NCBI GenBank assembly: GCA_009914755.4
Contig: CP068257.2
Coordinates: forward strand, 7,584,001 to 7,648,000
Source of the DNA: the human T2T-CHM13v2.0 reference genome, Homo sapiens
DNA length: 64,000 bases
Reading direction: 5' to 3'
Below, piece after piece: positions 56,115 to 64,000 of this stretch. Within the stretch, counting starts at the first letter, position 1. Every line of letters starts with the position of its first letter. Under the pieces are notes generated by a model. The model ran no database searches. It was not told the DNA's origin and worked only from the letters and a program-made list of their open reading frames with translations. The position numbers and the translations under genes were made by a program.

Positions 56115-59100
56115 ACTCTCACTCACATAGGATTCCAGAACACTGCTACAAGGCTCTGAGTGTTTGTCCCTCACATAGGATTCCAGAACACTGCTGCCAT
56201 TGTCTGAATGTTTGTCCCCCACATAGGATTCCAGAAGCCTGCTGCTGGGGTCTGAATGTTTGTCCCCCATCTAGGATTCCAGAACACTGCTGCGAGGGTC
56301 TGAATGTCTGTCCCTCACATATGATTCTAGAACATTGATGCTAGGGTCTGTATGTTTGCCCTTAACATATGATTTCAAAACACTGCTCCTGGATTCTGAA
56401 TGTTTGTCCTTCACATAGGAATACAGAACACTGCTGCTGGAGTCTGAATGGTTGTCACTCACATAGAATTCCAGAACACTGCTGTGAGGATCTGAATGTT
56501 TGACCCTCACATGGGATTCCAGAACACTGCTGCGAGTGTCTAAATGTCTGTCCCTCACACAGGATTCCCGAACAATGTTACGAGGTTCTGAATGTTTGTC
56601 CCTAACATAGGATTCCAGAGCACTCCTGCTGTGCTCTGAATGCTTCTCCCTCACATAGGATTCCAGAACACTGCTACGAGGGTCTGAATGCTTATCCCTC
56701 ATATAGGATTCCAGAACACTTCTGCTGTGGTCTGAATGTTTGTTCCTCACATAGGATTCCAGAATACTCCTGCCGTGGTCTGAATGTTTGTCCCTCACAT
56801 AGGATTCCAGAACATTCATGCTGGGGTCTCAATATTTCCCTTAACATAGGATTTCAGAACACTGCCCTTGGGGTCTGAATGTTTGTCGCTCACATAGGAT
56901 TACAGAACACTGCTGCTGGAGTCTGAATGTTTGTCAGTCACATAGAATTCCAGAACACTGCTACAAGGGTGTGACTATTTCTCCCTCACCTAGTATTCCA
57001 GAACACTGTTGCAAGGGTCTGAATGTTGGTCCGTCATATAGGATTCCAGAACACTGCTGCTGTGGTCTGAATGTTTGTCCCTCACATAGAATTCCGGAAC
57101 ACTGCTACAAGGGTCTGAATGTTTGTCCTTCACATACCATTCCAGAACACTGCTGCCGTGGTCTGAATGTATGTCCCTCACATAGGATTCCAGAACACTG
57201 CTACTAGGTTCTGAATGTTTTTCCCACACCTAGGATTCCAGAACACTTCTGCTGGTGTCTGAATGGTTGTTCCTCACATATGATTCCAGGACACTGCTAT
57301 GAGAGTCTTAATGTTTGTCCTTCACGTAGGATTCTAGAACACTGCTCCCGTGGTCTGAATGTTTGTCCTTCACATAGCATTCCAGAACACTGCTGCTGGG
57401 GTCTGAATGTCTGCCCCTCAAATCAGATTCCAGAGCACTGCTGCTGGGGTTTGAATGTCTTTCCCTCACATAGAATTCCAGAACACGGCTGGGAGGGTCT
57501 GAATGTTTGTCCCTCACATGGGATACCAGAACACTGTTGCGAGGGTCTAAATGTCTCTCCCTCACATAAGATTTCAGGACACTGCTACGAGGTTCTGAAT
57601 GTTTGTCCCTCACATAGGATTCCAGAACACTGCCACGTGGGTCTGAATGTTTGCCCTCACATAGGATTCCAGAACACTACTGCTGGGGTCTGAATGTTTG
57701 ACCCTCACATAGGATTCCAGAACACTCCTGCTGTGGTCTGAAAGTTTGTTCATCACATAGGACTCCAGAACACTCCTAAGAGGGTATGAATGTCCCTCAC
57801 ATAGTATTCCAGAACACTCCTTCTGTGGTCTGAATGTTTGTTCCTCACATAGGATTCGAGAACACTCCTGCTGTGGTCTGAATGTTTGTCCCTTACCTAG
57901 GATTCGAGAACATTCACGCTGGGATGTAAATGCTTGCCCTTAACATAGGATTTCAGAACACTGCTCCTGGGGTCTGAAAGTTTGTCCCTCACATAGGATT
58001 CCAGAACTCTCCTGCTGTGGTCTGAAAGTTTGTACCGCACATAGGATTCCAGAACACTGCTGCTGTGGTCGGAATGTTTTTCTGTCACATAGGATTCCAG
58101 AACACTGCGGCTGGGTTCTGAATGTTTGTCCCTCACATAGGATTTCAGAACGCTGCTACGAGGGTCTGATTGTTGGTCCCTCACATAGGATTCCTGAACA
58201 CTGCTGCTGGGCTCTGAATGTTTGTCCCTCACATTGGATTGCAGAACACTACTGCTATGGTCTGAACGTTTGTCCGTCACATAGGATTCCAGAACGCTCC
58301 TGCTGTGGTCTGAATGTTTGTCTGTCACATAGGATTCCAGAACACTGCGGCTGGGCTCTGAATGTCCCTGACATAGGATTCCAGAACATTGCTATGAGGG
58401 TCTGAATGGTTGTCTTTCACATAGCATTCCAGAACACTGCTACGAGGGTCTGAATGTTGGTCCCTCACACAGGATTCCAGAACCCTCCAGCTGGGGTCTG
58501 AATGTTTGTCCCTCACAAAGGATTCCAGAACACTGCTATGAGGGTCTGAATATTTGTCCCTCACATAGGATTCCAGAACACACCTGCTGTGGTCTGAATG
58601 GTTGTCCCTCACAAAGGATTCCAGAACACTCCTGCTGTGATCTGAATGGTTGTCCCTCACATAAGATTCCGGAACACTTCTGCTGTGGTACGAATGTTTG
58701 TGTCTCACGTAGGATTCCAGAACACTGCTACGAGGGTCTCAATGTTTGCCCCTCACGTAAGATTCCAGAACACTGCTGCTGGGGTCTGAATGCTTGTCCC
58801 TCACATACGATTACAGAACAGTGTTGCTGGGGTGTGAATGTTTGTCCCTCACAAAGGATTCCAGAACACTGCCATGAGGGTCTGAATATTTGTCCCTCAC
58901 ATAGGATTCCAGAACACTCCTGCTGTGGTCTGAATGGTTGTCCCTCACATAGGATTCCAGAACACTCCTGCTGTGGTCTGAATGGTTGTCCCTCACATAA
59001 GATTCCAGAACACTTCTGCTGTGGTACGAATGTTTGTGTCTCACGTAGGATTCCAGAACACTGCTACGAGGGTCTCAATGTTTGTCCCTCACATAAGATT

Positions 59101-60400
59101 CCAGAACACTGCTGCTGGGGTCTGAATGCTTGTCCCTCACATACGATTACAGAACACTGTTGCTGGGGAGTGAATGTTTGTCCCTCACATAGGATACCAG
59201 ACCACTGCTGCTGAGGTCTCAATGTCTGTCCCTCAAAAAAGGATTCCAGAACACTGTTACTAGGGTCTGAATTTTTGTTCCTCACTTAAGACTGCAGAAC
59301 ACTGCTTCGAGGGTCTAAATGTCTGTCCTTCACATAGGATTCCAGAACACTCCTTCTGGCGTCTGAATGTTTGTCCCTCACATAGGATTCCAGAGCACTC
59401 CTGCTGTGGTCTCAATGTTTGTTAATCACATAGGATTCCAGAACACTGCTACAAGGGTCTGAATGTTTGTCCCTCACATAGGATTCCAGAATACTCCTGC
59501 TATGGTCTTAATGCTTGTCCCTCACATAGGATTCCAGAACATTCATGTTGGGGTCTGAATGTTTGCCCTTATCATAGGATTTCAGAACAGTGTTCCTGGG
59601 GTCTGAATATTTGTCCTTCATATAGGATTTAAGAACACTCCTGCTTTTGTCTGAAAGTTTGTCCCTCACATAGGATTCCAGAACTCTCCTGCTGTGGTCT
59701 GAAAGTTTGTCCTTCACATAGGATTCCAGAACACTGCTGCTGTGGTTTGAATATTTGTCCCTCACATAAGATTCCAGAACACTGCTAGGAGGGTCTGAAT
59801 GTTTGTCCCTCACATAGGATTCCTGAGCATTGTTGCCGTGGTCTGAATTTTTGCCATTCACATAGGATTCCAGAACAGTGCTACGAGGGTCTGAATGTTT
59901 GTCCCTCACATAGGATTCCAGAACACTTCTGCTGGTATCTGAATGTTTGTACCTCACATAGGATTCCAGAACACTGCTGCTGGGGTCTGAACGTCTGTCC
60001 CTCACATAGGATTCTAGAACACTGCTGTTGGGGTTTGAATGTCCCTCACATAGAATTCCAGAACACTGCTGCGAGTGTCTGAATGTTTGTCCTGCAGATG
60101 AGATTCTAGAACACTGCTGCGAGGGTCTAAATGTCTGTCCCTGACATAACATTCCAGCACACTGCTACGAGGTTTTGAAATGTTTGTCCCTCACATAGGA
60201 TTACAGAGCACTCCTGCTGTGGTCTGAATGTTTGCCCCTCACATAGGATTCCAGAACATTCCTGCTGTGGTCTGATTGTTCCTCACATAGGATTCTGGAA
60301 CACTCCAGCTGGCTTCTGAGTGTTTGTCCCTCACATAGGATTCCTGAAGACTGCTGCTGTCACTATAGTCGTTGCGAGTGTCTGAATGTTTGACCTTCAC
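56115..60400. repeat. Satellite array with a 48-bp unit, about 88 units. It may belong to the CER/D22Z3 pericentromeric 48-bp satellite family, but I could not verify that.
   Basis: The unit is 'cacataggattccagaacactgctgctggggtctgaatgtttgtccct'. Two successive 'cacatag' positions, 58086 and 58134, are 48 bp apart. The ORF artefacts show 16-aa periodicity, for example 'SVLESYVRDKHSDHSR'. Confidence 0.85.
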
Positions 60401-60649
60401 CAAACACTAAATATCCTGCCCCTTTAGTCTTGGACTTTCCAGCCTCCAGATCTGTGAGCAATATCTCTGTTGTTTATGAATTACTCAGTCTAAAGTATTT
60501 TGTTATAGTAGCCTAAAGAGACTAAGAGAGCATCACCTGCCCTGTCACCTCATCACCGCATTACTAAAGCTATACTAACAGCAGTCACTTTTAGTGGGTG
60601 CTTCATGCATGAGAATAAAGGGAAAAAATTGCAAGGCATACTAAAATCC

Positions 60650-62440
60650 AAAAAAAGAAAAAAATATAATTTGTGTCAACAGAGCAAGCTTCAGAACCAG
60701 ACAAAGATATGATTTTGGAATTTTTTTTAAACCTCTGGAGAATATGCTAAGGGCCTAATGAATGAACTAGACAGCATTCAAGTATAGATGGGTAATGTAA
60801 TCAGAAAGACAGACATCGTAAGAACCTTCAACATAATGTAGTGGTAAAAAATGTGGTAAATAACTGAAGAATACCTCTGATGGCTTATTAGTAGACTGGA
60901 CTCAGCTGAGTAAAGAATCTCTGAGCTTGAGGATTTATCATCAGAAACTTCGAAAACTAAAGAAAAGAAACACTGAAAAGAACAGAAGGTGATATCCAAG
61001 ACTGTGGGACAACTACAAAAGGTGAAACAGAGTAATGAGAATACCAGGAGGAGGAGAAGAAATAGAAGAAAGTTCTGCAACAACCATGTCTGAGAACTTC
61101 CAGTATTAATGTCAGACACCAAACCAAAGATCCAGGAAGCTCTGAGAACACCAGGCAGAATAAATGCCAACAACCTACACTTGGACATATAATTTTCAAA
61201 CTATATGAAATAAAAAATAAAGGAAAACTCTGAAAGAAACCAGAGGTGGGGCAGAAAACACCTTACCTACAGAGACACAAAGATAAGAACTGCATTCAAC
61301 ATTGCAGAAACTGTGAAAGCAAGAAGACAGTGAAATGAAAAAATCAAAATGTTGACAGAAAAAACCCACCAACCTAAGTTTCTGTACCCACTGAAAACAC
61401 CCTTCAAAAGTGAAGGAGAATTAAGGCCTTCCTCAGAAAAATAAAAATTCAAGAAACTTGTTGCCAGGAGACCTGTCTTGCAAGAAATGTTAAATGAAAT
61501 TCTTTAGAGGGAAACAAAAGATATATAACTGAAACCTGGATCAACATTTTTTTAAAAAGAGCATTAAAGAATTGTGGTACAATAAAAACCTATGTATTTA
61601 TTCTTAATTGATCTGACCAAGAAGTTCATAGACAATAACAAATACACACAGATAGATTATGTATGCTTAAACACAAGTGAAATGAGTAACACTAATACAA
61701 GGAATAGAATGGAAGGATGGGAGGGAGGAATTGTGGTACAATAAAAACATGTATTTATTCATAATTGATCTGACCAATAAGTTTGTAGATAATAATAAAT
61801 ACACACAGATAGATTATGTATGCTTATACACAAGTGAAATAAGGAACAATAATACAAGGAATGGAATGGAAGGATGGGAGGGAGGAATCAGGTGTTTTCT
61901 TTGTTAAGCAGGTAGTCACCCGTGAAGTGGGATAGTGTTATCTGAAAGTGGACTTTAATTGGTTGTAAATGTATATTGAGGAATTAGGTGTGTTCTTTGT
62001 TAAGCAGGTAGTCTTATTTGTGGGATAGTGGGATAGTGTTATTTGAAAGTGGACTTGAATTTGTTATAAATGTTACTGAGGAATTAGGTGTTTTGTTTGT
62101 TAAGCAGGTAGTCTTATTCGTGGGATAGTGGGATAGTGTTATTTGAAAGTGGACTTGAATTTGTTGTAAATGTATATCGCAAATTCTGTGGCAACTAGTT
62201 AAAAAAAGTTTTAAAAAGAGAAGTACATGCTAAGAAAGACAGGGAAAATGTAGTCATCTAAAATCATCAATGAAAACTGCAAAAGGCAGAAAAAGACTGG
62301 TAGACAAAAGAATGGAGACTGAGGAGAATGAATAGAAAACAGTAACAAATATAGTAGATATTAATCTAATGATATCAATAATCACTTTGAATGCTAATGG
62401 TATGAATGTACCAATTCAAAGATAGAGATTGTCAGAGTCT
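60650..62440 (+). mobile_element. Old LINE-1 from the ORF1 region through to the start of ORF2. It contains the internal tandem duplications listed at 61561-62180.
   Basis: The ORF1-like translation contains '..LRTSSINVRHQTKDPGSSENTRQNKCQQPTLGHIIFKLYEIKNKGKL'. The ORF2 start 'MVDINPTISIITLNANGMNVPIQR' is encoded at about 62350-62440. Confidence 0.7.
61561..62180. repeat. Two adjacent tandem duplications inside the L1: 2 x about 165 bp at 61561-61887, and 3 x about 98 bp at 61888-62180
   Basis: 'aattgtggtacaataaaaac[c/-]tatgtatttattc[t/a]taattgatctgaccaa[g/t]aagtt..ggaatggaaggatgggagggagg' occurs twice. 'aat[c/t]aggtgt[t/g]ttctttgttaagcaggtagtc...tgaaagtggact[t/g]aatt[g/t]gtt[g/a]taaatgta' occurs three times. 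Confidence 0.9.
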
Positions 62441-62464
62441 ATCAAAAGACTTGATTCACTGCAC

Positions 62465-64000
62465 TTTGCTTTATTGTGTTTTGTGACCATGTGTTTTACA
62501 TATTGAAGGTTTGTGGCCACCCTGCAATAAGCAGGTCTGACTGGCACCATTGTTCCTACAGCACGTGCTCACTTCACGTCTCTGTGTCACATTTCGGTCA
62601 TTCTCACAGTATTTTAAGATTTTTATTATTGAATCGTTATGGTGATCTGTAATGAGTGATCTTTAATGCTACTGTTGTCATTGTTTTGGGAACCACAAAT
62701 CACACCAGGATAAGACAGCAAACAATTGACAAATGCGTTTGTTCTGACTGCCCCACCAACGGGCCATTTCTCTTTCTCTCTCTTTTTCTCAGGCTTCTTT
62801 TTATTAATATTAAAATGTGGCCAATTAATAACCCTACAATAGCCTCTGTATGTTCAAGTGAAAGAAGAGTTGTATGTCTGTCACTTTAAACCAAAAGAAA
62901 GAAATAATTAAGCTTAGTGATTAAGGCATGCTGTAAGCAAGACAGGCCAGTAGCTAGACCTCATGCAACAAACACTTAGCCAAGTTGTGAATGCAAAGGA
63001 AGTGTTCTGGAAAGAAATTTAAAGTATTACTCCAGTGAATACATGAATGATAAAAAGCTAAACAATCTTGCTGCTGTTATGAAGAAAGTTTAATTGATCT
63101 AGATAGAAGATAAAAAAAAATCCATTAAGCCTAAGCCTAACTCTCTTTTTACTTTTTTCTTTGTTTTTGAGACAGAGTTTCATTTTTCTTGCCCAAGCTG
63201 GAGTACAATAGCGTGATCTTGGCTCATCGCAACCTCTGCCTCCCAAGTTCAAGCTCTCCTGCCTCAGCATTCTGAGTAGCTGGGATTACAGGCATGCACC
63301 ACCACACCTGGCTAATTTTTTGTATTTTTAGTAGAGACGCGGTTTCTCCACGTTGGTTAGACTGGTGTCGAACTCCCGACCGCAGGTGATCTGCCTGTCT
63401 CGGCCTCCCAAAGTGCTAGGATTACAGGTGTGACAGCCACCACACCCGGCCTCCCTTCAATTCTATGAAGACTTAGAGAGGTGAGGCAGCTGCAGAAGAA
63501 GAGTCTGAAGCTAGAAGAGCTTGTTTCTTGAAGTTTAAGGAAAAAAGTCTTCTTCATAACATAAAAGCGCAAGATAAAGCAGCAAGTACTGATGGAAAAG
63601 CTGCAGAAAGCTATCTGGAAGATAATTGATTAAGATGGCTACACTAAACAGATTTGCAATGAAGACAAAACAGCATTCTACTAGAAGGAGATGCCATCCA
63701 GGATGTTCCCAGCTAGAGAGGAGTTGATGCCTGGATTTAAGGCTTCAAAGGACATGCTGACTCTTTTGTTAAGGCCTAATGCAGTTGGTGATGTTAACAT
63801 GAAACCAATGATGATTTACTATTCTGAAAATCCAAGGGCCCTGAAGAATTATGATAAAACACAGCTCTGCCTGTACTCTACAAATGGGAACAAAGCCTGG
63901 ATGACAGACTATCGGTTTACAAATACGGTTTACTGAATATCTTAAGCCCACTGTCGACAACTACCGCTCAAGAAATAAGATTCCTTTCAAAGTATTACCA
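62465..64000 (+). mobile_element. Tigger1 (pogo/Tc-mariner-like) DNA transposon: 5' terminal region and transposase ORF. It is interrupted by an Alu and runs off the end of the window.
   Basis: 'cactgcactttgctttattgtg...ttgaaggtttgtggccaccctgcaataagcaggtc..tgctcacttcacgtctctgtgtcacatttcgg' is the Tigger1 5' end. The N-terminal region matches CENP-B-like sequence. The ORF 63691-63936 reads 'MPSRMFPAREELMPGFKASKDMLTLLLRPNAVGDVNMKPMMIYYSENPRALKNYDKTQLCLYSTNGNKAWMTDYRFT', which is the pogo transposase core. Confidence 0.85.
63160..63450 (-). mobile_element. Alu inserted in Tigger1
   Basis: 'tttttgagacagagtttcatttttcttgcccaagctggagtacaatagcgtgatcttggctcatcgcaacctctgcctcccaagttcaagc...caggtgtgacagccaccacacccggcc'. 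Confidence 0.9.

Noticed and set aside
56037-60152. ORFs of 77-214 aa with 16-aa repeats across the 48-bp satellite
   Set aside because: The 48-bp unit is divisible by 3 and stop-poor, so the ORFs are an expected artefact. They have no start or promoter context.
38985-60400. Regularly spaced direct repeats that might superficially resemble a CRISPR array
   Set aside because: The context is eukaryotic, with Alu, L1 and telomere repeats. The units are contiguous satellite monomers without unique spacers, so these are not CRISPR arrays.

Overview
This window reads as primate (human-like) nuclear DNA from a duplication-rich pericentromeric or subtelomere-like region, not a gene-dense or prokaryotic locus. 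It contains about 25 Alu elements of the Y and S families, several LINE-1 fragments, MaLR LTRs and a Tigger1 DNA transposon. A ~70-bp satellite with internal dyad symmetry runs from about 5.0 to 13.8 kb and flips orientation three times. That array is interrupted by a young Alu and by a rearranged, ancient mitochondrial insertion (NUMT) of about 2.9 kb. The NUMT has 12S rRNA and COX1-tRNA segments inverted, and COX3-tRNAGly-ND3 in forward orientation. At about 37.9 kb there is an interstitial degenerate (CCCTAA)n tract followed by a canonical TAR1-type subtelomeric sequence. That runs into a ~200-bp GC-rich tandem array of about 16 units, each carrying a tRNA-like B-box and an internal poly(A). 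A 48-bp satellite (CER/D22Z3-like) occupies 56.1 to 60.4 kb. The most interesting feature is a candidate protein-coding gene on the minus strand at 42783-45527. It has an uninterrupted 913-codon Ser/Pro/Thr-rich ORF built from about 18 in-frame repeats of 147 or 144 bp (49 or 48 aa). A second, inverted, 3'-truncated copy lies at about 47.3-48.5 kb. That copy has a TATA-containing promoter, a predicted spliced 5'UTR, the true N-terminus and a CpG-type nonsense mutation. Other unusual structures are a cluster of alternately inverted ~400-bp repeats at 50.6-52.6 kb, a GC-rich 3 x ~350-bp tandem block flanked by duplicated L1 sequence at 34.0-35.1 kb, and a 21-bp minisatellite at 54.9-55.8 kb. I could not run any searches, so all element names rest on recognition of consensus-like sequence by eye.
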